Position numbers and translations under genes: made by a program. This document shows positions 26,706 to 35,765 of a DNA stretch of 40,759 nt, in pieces (the stretch's first letter is position 1; every line of letters begins with the position of its first letter). Source of the DNA: Candidatus Woesebacteria bacterium (lineage in GTDB: Bacteria > Patescibacteriota > Microgenomatia > UBA8517); contig JAFGPD010000027.1 in the NCBI GenBank assembly GCA_016926185.1, positions 1 to 40,759 on the forward strand, read 5' to 3'. The notes below the pieces were generated by a model. The model had not been told where the DNA came from. It worked only from the letters and a program-made list of their open reading frames with translations, and ran no database searches.

Positions 26706-27176
26706 TCAGTTTAGTATGTAAATGGAAAAATTCAATATAGTGGCAAAGGACACCCACAAAATATATGGAATTAAAAGGTTTGAAGATGTCTTGTCCAGAT
26801 CTTCGAAAAAGAATATCGTTTTAAGTATTAAAAACCAAAGAATGGTAATAACTACAAGTGCAAGACCGACCTCTTTGAACCCAAAAAACACAATAGACCA
26901 TAGAGAATTAAGTATTAATTGTGCCAAGTAGTAAGAAAATGCATTTGATCTGTCTTTTGTTGTTTGTTTGTTCCATATGATATAGAAAGAAATCCCCATG
27001 AGAATATATAAAATTGTCCAAACAGGTCCAAAAAGCCAATTGGGTGGATTAAACTTTGGCTTATTTAGGCTTGCGTACCAAGTAGGTATCGAGGGTGTTG
27101 TAAAGTACGACCCGATAAAACCCGCAAGAAAAGGAAGTGTGAGTGAAACCACAAGCTTTTTGAAATCAATCTTCAT
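26706..27176 (-). CDS. tspO: TspO/MBR-family tryptophan-rich sensory protein
   Basis: WYASLNKPKFNPPNWLFGPVWTILY, QLILNSLWS, LLIPYILWVSFA. Confidence 0.95.
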   Translation of the reverse strand: MKIDFKKLVVSLTLPFLAGFIGSYFTTPSIPTWYASLNKPKFNPPNWLFGPVWTILYILMGISFYIIWNKQTTKDRSNAFSYYLAQLILNSLWSIVFFGFKEVGLALVVITILWFLILKTIFFFEDLDKTSSNLLIPYILWVSFATILNFSIYILN

Positions 27177-27213
27177 AATTTAATATTAGCATTTAGTGTT
27201 GGCGGAGGATAGA

Positions 27214-27870
27214 TTAACTTGTTTGAATGTCGTATTCACGGAGTATTGGTATGAGGCGTGTCACTTCCCCATCGGTGATATCTTCCGGTGATATTTTTGT
27301 GTGATTAAAGATTTGTTGCTCAATTTTTTTCCAACAATCTTTAATTTTAGCTACTCGTTCCATAATTTGTGGACTAGATGTTTTGTTCAAATATTTTCTT
27401 TCTAGTGAACCGTTGATTTTCTCTATAAGTTTTGTGACTCCAAAAGGTGATATTCTATGATCTGAGTATGTAGCGATTTTTAAAGAAAAATCATTTGAGT
27501 GAAATGTATTTTCTCCCTTGGAGAAACCATATCCCTTAATTATTTTAAATGTAGTTTCTTCAATACCGATTTCCCGACATATCTCTTCTGTTGCAAAATG
27601 CTCATCATCACCAAATTTTTTAGTGAATTCTTTTTTAACCTTCTCCCAATATTTTAAGCCCTGCGGCTTAAGGTTTTCTGGAAAGAGTCTTAAGTTAAAC
27701 TTAATTATGTTTCCCATATCGTGAACAAGCGATGCAGTGATAACGGGATCTTTATTGATTTCTTTTTTAAAATTATCACAAATAATTAAAGCAACCCCCG
27801 CAACTCGCAACATATGTAGCTGAAGTTGTGGCATTATTTTGTATTTGTCGTAAATCTTTTGTATTTTCAT
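27214..27870 (-). CDS. HD-domain phosphohydrolase
   Basis: HMLRVA, LVHDMG, EH, YSDHR. Confidence 0.85.
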   Translation of the reverse strand: MKIQKIYDKYKIMPQLQLHMLRVAGVALIICDNFKKEINKDPVITASLVHDMGNIIKFNLRLFPENLKPQGLKYWEKVKKEFTKKFGDDEHFATEEICREIGIEETTFKIIKGYGFSKGENTFHSNDFSLKIATYSDHRISPFGVTKLIEKINGSLERKYLNKTSSPQIMERVAKIKDCWKKIEQQIFNHTKISPEDITDGEVTRLIPILREYDIQTS

Positions 27871-28373
27871 TTATTGAACTTGATCTTGACTTTGTTTGGA
27901 TCAGCACCTCTGATAATCTTATCTGCCATAACTATTTCCTCGTAAATTCCCGAAATAAGGTTGTATTCTCCTGCCTCTTTTGCAGTCACCCACTTAAAAT
28001 CTACCGCATCGTCATCAAGTTTTACTTTTCCACTTTTGTAATTTGCGTAGAAACTTAGGACCACAACAGGAACTTTATCTGGTCTGATGAAAGTCATATT
28101 TATTAAGTATCTGAGGTTACTTATTTCCAGGTTAACTTCTTCCTTTATTTCCCTTTTGAGTGAAACCTCTAATGCTTTATACCACGCCGGATCAGTCGTT
28201 CTTGGAGTGTTAATGTAGTCATCTACACTCACTTTCCCTCCCGGAACAGTCCACATGTTGGGGAAAGCTTTTTCACTAGGTGATCTTTTGGTTATCAAAT
28301 ATTTTCCAGCGCGGTGTATAATGCAGGTCAGAGAAACGAAATGAAGGTGTGGATCTGGGTACTTAAGCTTCAT
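27867..28373 (-). CDS. Nudix hydrolase with insertion in Nudix box
   Basis: WTVPGGKV...LKREIKEEVNL. Confidence 0.88.
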   Translation of the reverse strand: MKLKYPDPHLHFVSLTCIIHRAGKYLITKRSPSEKAFPNMWTVPGGKVSVDDYINTPRTTDPAWYKALEVSLKREIKEEVNLEISNLRYLINMTFIRPDKVPVVVLSFYANYKSGKVKLDDDAVDFKWVTAKEAGEYNLISGIYEEIVMADKIIRGADPNKVKIKFNK

Positions 28374-28417
28374 GTTTAGCTGAAATTATAACAGTGCTCT
28401 GTTAGAATACAAAGGTA

Positions 28418-28488
28418 CGGGGTGTGGTTCAGTGGTAGAATGGGCGCATGGGGTGCGTCCGGCCCCAGTTCGATTCTGGGCACCCCGA
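28418..28488 (+). tRNA. tRNA-Pro(GGG), CCA not encoded
   Basis: Cloverleaf: CGGGGTG/CACCCCG acceptor, anticodon loop ATGGGGT, T-arm CCCAG-TTCGATT-CTGGG, discriminator A. Confidence 0.95.
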
Positions 28489-28489
28489 C

Positions 28490-29089
28490 TCACTTTTTTG
28501 ACTTTGTCGGTTTAACAGTATACTTCTTGTGAGTTTTTTTACGATCACATTGATACCATTGATTTGGTTTAGACTTTATAACCTCTTTCATTACTTTTTT
28601 TCCAATGGATGTATATAGGTGCCCAAAGAATACATCTTCTTTGAGTCGTCTTTGTGCTTCGGCGTTTCCTGTAAGAGCTAATTCTTTTAGGGAAAGTACA
28701 TAATCTATATTGTCGGCATCTTTTGCAAGTTGCGATTCGTAGGTTTTTCTTTCCCTATATTCTTTTATTATTTTTTTTATTTCATCCGACCCTTCTCCTA
28801 TAAGTTTTAGTTGTGCCTCCCATGCTTTTTCTTCGTCTTGTGAAACATATTCCTTTTGATGCCAGTTGGAATCTCCGGTTCTGGATTCGGGTATATCATG
28901 GAATGCAGCCATGATCATAGTTTTGTGTGGATTTGCTTTAGCTTTCTTGGCAAGTAGATATGCAATTATTGTTACTCTTTGAGAATGTTCCGCTACTGAT
29001 TCCACTTTTTGAAGCATGTGCATTTTATGAGATCGCTCCATTTGTCGGAGAGAACCAACTTCGTAGAAAAAATTTATGAGATCTTTCAT
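28490..29089 (-). CDS. HD-domain 5'-deoxynucleotidase-like protein (YfbR/HD_3 type)
   Basis: ESVAEHS, FHDIPESRTGD, KDADNID. Confidence 0.9.
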   Translation of the reverse strand: MKDLINFFYEVGSLRQMERSHKMHMLQKVESVAEHSQRVTIIAYLLAKKAKANPHKTMIMAAFHDIPESRTGDSNWHQKEYVSQDEEKAWEAQLKLIGEGSDEIKKIIKEYRERKTYESQLAKDADNIDYVLSLKELALTGNAEAQRRLKEDVFFGHLYTSIGKKVMKEVIKSKPNQWYQCDRKKTHKKYTVKPTKSKK

Positions 29090-29092
29090 TAT

Positions 29093-30013
29093 CTAGTAAT
29101 TGTAAATTATTTTTTTAATTTCTTTTCTTAGAAAGAGTTTTTTTGTTATTCCAAGGTCGCCCGTAAAAGTAACAGGCAGCTTATTCATCAGAAGTTTCTG
29201 TACCTTTTTACTTTTTGTGTAAATATAATTTTTCCCTTCAGATATGCTTGGTGGTGTTAAAAACCAATTCTCTGATCCAAAGCTAATCAAGGCCTCTTCA
29301 ATATCATCCTTGTGATCCTTGACAAAATTGCGACTGTCCCAGAGCTCCAGTTGTCCAATGATTAATTTTTCATCCTTGTTGGGAAAGTTTTCTACATGGG
29401 TATCATTTTTTATCTCTTTAACCGGGTTTTTGTAAACTGCTTTATCCTGTTCTGAGAAATACTTACCGATCCAATCATTTTTCAGATCGGCATACTTTAG
29501 AACCTTATGATATGCATCAATGTCTCTTTTGTTCGTAACAGATGATTTAAAGTTAAGTGTGTTTGAAACTGTTGCATAACAAATAAGTCTGGCACTTAGT
29601 TTTGATATTTTTTTTGACATTTTATTTTTCTCATATTTCTCCCAAATGAGGGTTGTACACGCGCCAACTGGTTCGATGACAATCTTTCCTTTGGTAAGTT
29701 TTTTCCAGACTTTTTCGTAGCCAAAGTGATGGTCGTATAGTTCAATTATTCTTTCAGGAACTACAAATTTTGCCAGATGTTCTGGTTGGGATATATCAAC
29801 AATCACAAAGTCAGCGTTTGGGTATTTAAATTTTGTTTCGTGAGGCAATTCCCAACTTCTTATTGTTGGAGTAACGCTTTTATTCAACTCTCCTGGAAGT
29901 ATGCAGATACTGTTTTTCCCCAATTTTTGTAGCAGTTCATTGTAAGAAATTGCACATGCCAAAACATCAATGTCTGTGAATTTTTCACCTGCAGTAACAA
30001 CAATCCTGCTCAT
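29093..30013 (-). CDS. DHH-family phosphoesterase, Mn-dependent inorganic pyrophosphatase-like
   Basis: TDID, IVD, YDHH, EPVGACTTLI, SNTLNFKSSVT..RD. Confidence 0.8.
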   Translation of the reverse strand: MSRIVVTAGEKFTDIDVLACAISYNELLQKLGKNSICILPGELNKSVTPTIRSWELPHETKFKYPNADFVIVDISQPEHLAKFVVPERIIELYDHHFGYEKVWKKLTKGKIVIEPVGACTTLIWEKYEKNKMSKKISKLSARLICYATVSNTLNFKSSVTNKRDIDAYHKVLKYADLKNDWIGKYFSEQDKAVYKNPVKEIKNDTHVENFPNKDEKLIIGQLELWDSRNFVKDHKDDIEEALISFGSENWFLTPPSISEGKNYIYTKSKKVQKLLMNKLPVTFTGDLGITKKLFLRKEIKKIIYNY

Positions 30014-30444
30014 AAATATTTTATTTTAATATACTGTCCGAAGGCGTTTTTAACACTATTTAAAAGTGATTGATATTGTGTGTAATCTTTTGGATCTATC
30101 CATATATAGTTACTGTGATCTTTGCTCAAAATCACCTTGTTATTTTTTGCAAAAACCTCAAAGAAAGTTCCTACGATTTGCCACTGTTGACCTTTTACTT
30201 TTGGTCTCCACTCGTCAACGAAGAATGGTCTACCTAAAGTTACAGATAGTCCGGTTTCTTCCCTGATTTCTCTTAGTAAACTTTTATCAAATCTTTGTCC
30301 CGGTTCAATTCTCCCACCAGGAACGTCAAATTTCCCCTCATTGGAACCCTCCCCATAATTACCGGACTCTTGTAGAAGTAGGATCTTTCCTTTGTAATAA
30401 ACAAAAGCCTTAGTAGCAACGAAAAGCTTATCCACTTTGATCAT
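30010..30444 (-). CDS. Nudix hydrolase
   Basis: PGGRIEPGQ...LLREIREETGL; start moved to ATG 30444. Confidence 0.9.
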   Translation of the reverse strand: MIKVDKLFVATKAFVYYKGKILLLQESGNYGEGSNEGKFDVPGGRIEPGQRFDKSLLREIREETGLSVTLGRPFFVDEWRPKVKGQQWQIVGTFFEVFAKNNKVILSKDHSNYIWIDPKDYTQYQSLLNSVKNAFGQYIKIKYL

Positions 30445-30475
30445 GCGCAAATTGTAGCACAAAACGTATCAGAAC

Positions 30476-30997
30476 CTATTTGATGACTTTATAGTGGAAT
30501 TGCGTGACTTGAGTGGAGAGTTTTTTTGTATTTAGAAGTTTTAGATCGAGTTTGTTGTTTTTGTAAACAGTGTAAAGTGGAGTACCTTGTGTAAGAACTA
30601 ATGGATGGACATTCAAATATATTTCGTCGATCAGTCCTGCTTCCAGAAAACTTGCATTAAGTCTTCCTCCTCCGCCAATGAGAACTTTTTTATGACCTTT
30701 TTCTTTTAGTAGTTTTAAAGTCTCCTTCGGAGACTTGTTGGTGACAATGATGTTATCTTTTTTTTCTACTAACTGGTCATTTGTTGTTAGAGCTACCACC
30801 TGGATCTTTTTGAAATGTTCTAACTCCCCCGCACTTTGCATCAATCCGTAAGTGACTCGACCTAGTACTAAGTTTCCAGTTTCGTTTGTAAGATTAATAA
30901 AGTCTTCCCAGCTTTCAATAGATGTCCAGGATATGTCATGATTCGGTCCAGCAATATATCCGTCGACACTAATTGCATTTTGCTGTATTACTTTCAT
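30476..30997 (-). CDS. Dihydrofolate reductase / RibD C-terminal family protein
   Basis: SVDGYIA, LGRVTY, GGGRLNASFLEAGLIDEI..HPLVL..G. Confidence 0.9.
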   Translation of the reverse strand: MKVIQQNAISVDGYIAGPNHDISWTSIESWEDFINLTNETGNLVLGRVTYGLMQSAGELEHFKKIQVVALTTNDQLVEKKDNIIVTNKSPKETLKLLKEKGHKKVLIGGGGRLNASFLEAGLIDEIYLNVHPLVLTQGTPLYTVYKNNKLDLKLLNTKKLSTQVTQFHYKVIK

Positions 30998-31060
30998 CGT
31001 TGATATTATAACAAAATCCTACTTGTAATACCTATGGGATTGTGTTAAAAAATATCCAGC

Positions 31061-32140
31061 ATGGCGAGAAAGAAAAAACCCGAAGTGAAGGCTCCTGAAA
31101 AAAAGACAGATGCCTCTCAAAAACTTCAGGCGATAAAGATCGCGATGGAGCAAATTGAAAAACAATATGGAAAAGGCTCAATTATGCGATTGGGAGAAAG
31201 AGGTAAGGACCTTAAGATCGATGTGATCCCGACTGGCTCGATAGCAGTGGACCTCGCCTTGGGTGTCGGTGGTCTTCCTCGAGGCAGGATTGTAGAGATC
31301 TATGGTCCTGAAGCATCAGGGAAAACGTCACTGACACTTTCCGTTGTAGCTGAAGCACAAAAGGCAGGAGGACAATGTGCCTTTGTTGACGCAGAACACG
31401 CACTGGACCCTGCTTGGGCGGAAAAGATCGGGATAAACTTGGATGATCTTCTTTTATCTCAACCTGATTCAGGGGAGCAGGCATTGGAAATTACTGAAAC
31501 CTTAGTTCGATCGGGCGCATTGGATGTAATTGTTGTTGACTCAGTTGCAGCCCTTGTCCCCCGTGCCGAGCTGGAGGGAGAAATGGGGGATGCTGTAATG
31601 GGAATGCAAGCGAGGCTGATGAGTCAGGCTCTCAGAAAGCTTACGGGCGCGATCAGTAAAAGCAAAACCATTTTGATCTTTACCAACCAGATCCGTCAAA
31701 AGATCGGAGTGATGTTTGGCAATCCTGAGACTACTCCGGGAGGACTGGCACTTAAGTTTTATTCATCAGTTAGACTTGATATTAGAAGAATTGAAGTTTT
31801 GAAGGATGGGGACAATGTGATAGGATCGCGACACCGCGTACGAGTTGTTAAAAACAAGGTTGCACCGCCTCTGAAAACTGCAGAGCTGGATATTATGGGT
31901 GATGAAGGAATATCGAAAATGGGTGGGCTTATTGATGTTGCATCTGAACTTAAGATAATGGACAAAAAAGGAGCATTTTATTATTATGGTGACAAAGTAT
32001 TAGCGCAAGGAAGAGAGGCGGCAAAGATGGAGCTTGCGTCTAACAATAAACTTGCAAAGGAAATCGAGAAAGAGATAAGAAACGTTCTTGCTGAAGGCAA
32101 AAAACTTCCAAAGGAAATTGGTGAAGCTGAGGATAAGTAA
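31061..32140 (+). CDS. recA: Recombinase RecA
   Basis: [37 protein letters not shown]. Confidence 0.99.
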   Translation: MARKKKPEVKAPEKKTDASQKLQAIKIAMEQIEKQYGKGSIMRLGERGKDLKIDVIPTGSIAVDLALGVGGLPRGRIVEIYGPEASGKTSLTLSVVAEAQKAGGQCAFVDAEHALDPAWAEKIGINLDDLLLSQPDSGEQALEITETLVRSGALDVIVVDSVAALVPRAELEGEMGDAVMGMQARLMSQALRKLTGAISKSKTILIFTNQIRQKIGVMFGNPETTPGGLALKFYSSVRLDIRRIEVLKDGDNVIGSRHRVRVVKNKVAPPLKTAELDIMGDEGISKMGGLIDVASELKIMDKKGAFYYYGDKVLAQGREAAKMELASNNKLAKEIEKEIRNVLAEGKKLPKEIGEAEDK

Positions 32141-32234
32141 CTTCAATTAGACTATCAATAATTCATAGTTTGTATGGGTAATGAACAATAACTTATTTAT
32201 TGTGTTTCATCGCTTGATTATGTAATCAAACATT

Positions 32235-32406
32235 TTTACTTTCTTGTTCACCCAAGAAAGTAAACAAAGAAAGGTGCCCGGTGTTTTTCGAGTTGATATC
32301 TCTTCGCTCATGCTTTACAAAAAACGCGTTGCAAACACTTGCAATACTGTTTTTGTATTTTGGTTGTATTCGCTCATCGATATCAAAGCTCAAAACACAA
32401 GGGTAT
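32235..32406. repeat. Structured intergenic element, copy 1
   Basis: 12-bp hairpin + AAAGAAAG + long interrupted stem capped by TTGCAA-acac-TTGCAA; covaries with copy 2. Confidence 0.8.
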
Positions 32407-32507
32407 TGTTTTTTAGATTAAGTCAATGGAGATTGAATTTCTGACGGCATTTTAAGTATATTTCTACAGGATATTCTATTGATTTGGGTAAATGGTAGAA
32501 TGTGTCT

Positions 32508-33116
32508 ATGCCGGTGATCACGAAGATCGAGCCACAGAAAAATAAAAAGAGAGTTAACGTTCACCTCGATGGTGAGTTTTCCTTTGGACTGGATATTGAA
32601 ACTTACATGAAATCGAGTCTCAAGGTTGGGCAGAACTTAGCTGATGAAGAAGTCAAGCAAATAGTCAAAAAATCTGAATTTAAAAGCGCTTTGGATAAAC
32701 TACTTCACTACTCCACTCTCCGCCCAAGATCTGAAAAGGAAATAAATGACTGGCTGAAGAGAAAAAAAGTTGCAGAGAGTTTGCATAAAGAACTGTTCAA
32801 TAAACTAAAGCACCTGAAACTATTGGATGATGAAAATTTTGCTAAATGGTGGGTTGGGCAAAGGTTGCAGTTTAAAAATCGATCTATCAGAGAACTAGCC
32901 AACGAGCTTTATAAAAAAGGAATAGACAAAAACATCATTGAAGAAGTTTTGAAAGACTCGGAAATTAGTGAGGAAAGCTCAGCTGGGAAACTATTGGAAA
33001 AAAGATCTTTTGCATGGAGAAAATACACAGGCTGGGAAAAAAGAAAGAAAATGAGTGATTATCTGGCTAGGAAAGGGTTTAGCTGGGATGTTATTAAGAA
33101 GGTGGTTAAGGAATAA
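32508..33116 (+). CDS. recX: Regulatory protein RecX
   Basis: RPRSEKEI, LLDDENFAKWWV, ELYKKGID, YLARKGFSWD; downstream of recA. Confidence 0.93.
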   Translation: MPVITKIEPQKNKKRVNVHLDGEFSFGLDIETYMKSSLKVGQNLADEEVKQIVKKSEFKSALDKLLHYSTLRPRSEKEINDWLKRKKVAESLHKELFNKLKHLKLLDDENFAKWWVGQRLQFKNRSIRELANELYKKGIDKNIIEEVLKDSEISEESSAGKLLEKRSFAWRKYTGWEKRKKMSDYLARKGFSWDVIKKVVKE

Positions 33117-33199
33117 GTTTGTTTTATTAACTTCTATAGAGTTATGCAATTTTTTTAGATATTTTGTTACTAAGTAATTTTCTATAAGATTCAAAGATA

Positions 33200-33370
33200 G
33201 TCCATTTCTTGCTTGTCCAAGAAATGGACGAAAGAAAGACAGCCTGTAATAATTTAATAGCTCCAAGCCTCACTTATATTATGTAAAAAACGCGTTGGAA
33301 ACACTTCCAAGTGCTGTTTTTACTTTTTTATTGTATTCGTTCGTCTTGTCGAAATTAAATTCTTAACGGC
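33200..33370. repeat. Structured intergenic element, copy 2
   Basis: Same architecture and spacing as 32235-32406 with compensatory changes. Confidence 0.8.
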
Positions 33371-33422
33371 AAGAATATTTTCATACGTTGATTAATTTTG
33401 CGATAAAAGTTAAAATATATAC

Positions 33423-33517
33423 GGAGTTTAAGAAAAAGCATATGCGAAGGCTCACTAACATAGTTTCTTCGTTTATACAGGCCTGACTTAGTAGGTCTTT
33501 ACGGCTTTTTTGTCTCC
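33423..33517 (+). ncRNA. Candidate structured leader/ncRNA upstream of rny
   Basis: Promoter TTGATT-17-TAAAAT (33388-33416); GGAG...CTCC closing a long imperfect hairpin. Confidence 0.4.
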
Positions 33518-33529
33518 AATTAAAAAATT

Positions 33530-34798
33530 ATGGTAAAAAACAAAAAAATTGAAGACGTTAGTGCAAGCGAGCTTAAGGCTTTGGTGAAGGAGCTACGGGA
33601 AGATCGAAAGGTTTTTGAAAAGCGTCAGCAAAAGCTCGAGGAGAGAGAAAAAGAACTCATAAAACTTTTAGAAAAGGCTTCAAATCTAACTGCGAAAGAG
33701 GCTAAAAAGTTGCTTCTTTCTGAACTTGAGAAAGAACTTAAAGAAGAAAAAGCTAAAAAGATAAGAGCCTACGAGGAAAGGGTAAAACAGGAATCTTCCG
33801 AAAGAGCCAGGCAGATATTGGTTGAGGCCATGCGACATGGAGCGACTGAATATGTTGCCGAATACACTCTTTCTTCAGTTAAAGTTCCCAGTGAGGATGT
33901 TAAGGGAAGGATAATCGGCAAGGAAGGCAGAAACATTCGCGCTTTTGAAAAGGCGACAAAGGTTGAGCTTGAGCTAGACGAAACTAACGAGATCAAGTTG
34001 TCCTCTTTTGATTCGATAAGAAGAGAGATTGCAAAAAGAGCTCTTGAAAAACTTATCAAAGACGCAAGGATACAGCCCTCTCGGATAGAGGAAGTTGTCG
34101 AACAGACTGAAAAAAATATGGATGAAGTTCTTTTAGAGGAAGGCAAAAAGATTGCAGAAGAGTGCGGTGTTTATAATCTTCCGACGGAAATAATCTCTCT
34201 GATCGGTCGTTACAAATTCAGGACCTCTTATGGGCAGAACTTGGGAATTCATACTATTGAGGAGACCAAGATGGGTCTATCAATCGCAAAAGAGATCGGT
34301 GCTGATGTTGATATTGTCAGGTTAGGTTGTTTATTGCACGACATCGGCAAGGTGGTTGAAGGAGAAGGAACACATATAGACTTGGGAGTGAGAGTTTTGA
34401 AAAAACATGGGTTACCAAAGGAAGTCGTGAATGCTGTTGCGGAACATCATGAGGATAAGCCTTTCTCTTCTGTCGAGTCAGTGATCGTGTGGACCGCTGA
34501 TGCTATTTCAGGGTCCCGTCCAGGTGCCAGATATGAACCACATGAGGAATATGTTGACAGGATGGAGAAAATCGAAGAGATCGCCCAAGGATTCAAAGGT
34601 GTTGACACAGCTTATGCATTTCAAGCGGGCCGTGATGTCAGGGTCATTGTGAATCCGCAAGAGATCGATGATGACGGATTGACCGTTTTGGTCCATGATA
34701 TTGCGCAAAAACTGGAAAAAGAAGCTGAATATGCAGGACAAGTAAAAGTTACTGCAATACGAGAAATAAGAGCTACTGATACTACTGCAGCGAAATAA
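33530..34798 (+). CDS. rny: Ribonuclease Y (no N-terminal TM anchor)
   Basis: KGRIIGKEGRNIR KH, RTSYGQN, LLHDIGK HD, ADAISGSRPGAR. Confidence 0.96.
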   Translation: MVKNKKIEDVSASELKALVKELREDRKVFEKRQQKLEEREKELIKLLEKASNLTAKEAKKLLLSELEKELKEEKAKKIRAYEERVKQESSERARQILVEAMRHGATEYVAEYTLSSVKVPSEDVKGRIIGKEGRNIRAFEKATKVELELDETNEIKLSSFDSIRREIAKRALEKLIKDARIQPSRIEEVVEQTEKNMDEVLLEEGKKIAEECGVYNLPTEIISLIGRYKFRTSYGQNLGIHTIEETKMGLSIAKEIGADVDIVRLGCLLHDIGKVVEGEGTHIDLGVRVLKKHGLPKEVVNAVAEHHEDKPFSSVESVIVWTADAISGSRPGARYEPHEEYVDRMEKIEEIAQGFKGVDTAYAFQAGRDVRVIVNPQEIDDDGLTVLVHDIAQKLEKEAEYAGQVKVTAIREIRATDTTAAK

Positions 34799-34911
34799 TC
34801 CATCTTGACATAAAATATTTTTTTTTGTTAATCTTCCTACTTAGGAAAAGATGAGGTGTTTTCGAATAACTGTAAATGTACATCAACAAGATGTGCAAAA
34901 TAAAGATTAAA

Positions 34912-34934
34912 AGCCCTTCGGGGCTATTTTTTTT
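34912..34934 (+). terminator. Intrinsic terminator
   Basis: AGCCC-TTCG-GGGCT followed by ATTTTTTTT. Confidence 0.8.
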
Positions 34935-34952
34935 GACTGAAAGGGGGTGTTT

Positions 34953-35321
34953 ATGGCAGAAAATATAAAATATGAAAAGATAGAAATAGAAGGTGGACCA
35001 ACCTTTCTAAGGGTTATTAAAAATGGTCGTGATAGTTTGACTTCTGAGGACGATATAAACGCAGCATTGGGTAGAGAAAGCGGTCCTATTAGATATACAT
35101 CAGCTGTATGGACATTTGGTGACAGACAAGCTACGATGCCTATCCAAAGCGATGATGGTAGAAGAACAAACGTTGGCAGCTTTATGGCGATGGGAGATCA
35201 TTTAGAAGTACTTTATCCAGAAGGAAAAGATGGAGATGGTGAGAAAAGTGAGGGAGGGAAAATGGTAGTTATTAATAGATTACCTTATGGTTTTGAACCA
35301 AGAATAAATGGTAAGCAATGA
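34953..35321 (+). CDS. Hypothetical protein (122 aa)
   Basis: Open frame with SD AAGGGGGTG; no recognised motif. Confidence 0.7.
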   Translation: MAENIKYEKIEIEGGPTFLRVIKNGRDSLTSEDDINAALGRESGPIRYTSAVWTFGDRQATMPIQSDDGRRTNVGSFMAMGDHLEVLYPEGKDGDGEKSEGGKMVVINRLPYGFEPRINGKQ

Positions 35322-35423
35322 GTCAAGAGAATGCGTTGCCACACTTAATTGATACAGTATAAGTTGGTTTTTCCCCAAAAGCTTGACAAAAAGTTAACAT
35401 TAAGATATTCTTCCAAGCAGTAT

Positions 35424-35714
35424 ATGATCAAAAAGACCAAAAAGCAGCTGATCGAGCAGGTTGCCCGAAAAGCACACCTTCCGAAAAATGCCGCAGCAGA
35501 ATGCATCGATAGTTTTTTGGATGAAGTTGGAAGGGTATTGTCCAAGGGTGTCGGCAGTAAAGTGGTTCTTTCCGGATTCGGGACCTTTAAGGTTAAAAGA
35601 ATGGATGGAAAGACGGTAAAGATCCCAAATACAAATAAAGAAGTGAATATAAAATCCCACTTATCTCCCCGATTCACTCCCGGTAAAAAACTCAAAAGAC
35701 AGGTTAAAAGGTAA
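35424..35714 (+). CDS. hup: HU-family DNA-binding protein
   Basis: TKKQLIEQVA, GFGTFKV, PRFTPGKKLK; promoter TTGACA-17-TATTCT (35383-35411). Confidence 0.92.
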   Translation: MIKKTKKQLIEQVARKAHLPKNAAAECIDSFLDEVGRVLSKGVGSKVVLSGFGTFKVKRMDGKTVKIPNTNKEVNIKSHLSPRFTPGKKLKRQVKR

Positions 35715-35765
35715 GGTCTTCGGTTTATCAATCTTTGGTCTCAGCGGATGATATAATTGTGCTTG

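Noticed and set aside
28418-28488. tRNA-Pro as a genomic island integration site
   Set aside because: No integrase and no duplicated tRNA 3' end seen in the window
30998-31060. LexA box at recA
   Set aside because: No CTGT-N8-ACAG or GAAC-N4-GTTC present
32244-32444. 66-aa ORF between recA and recX
   Set aside because: TTG start, overlaps the structured element, and the frame is not kept in copy 2
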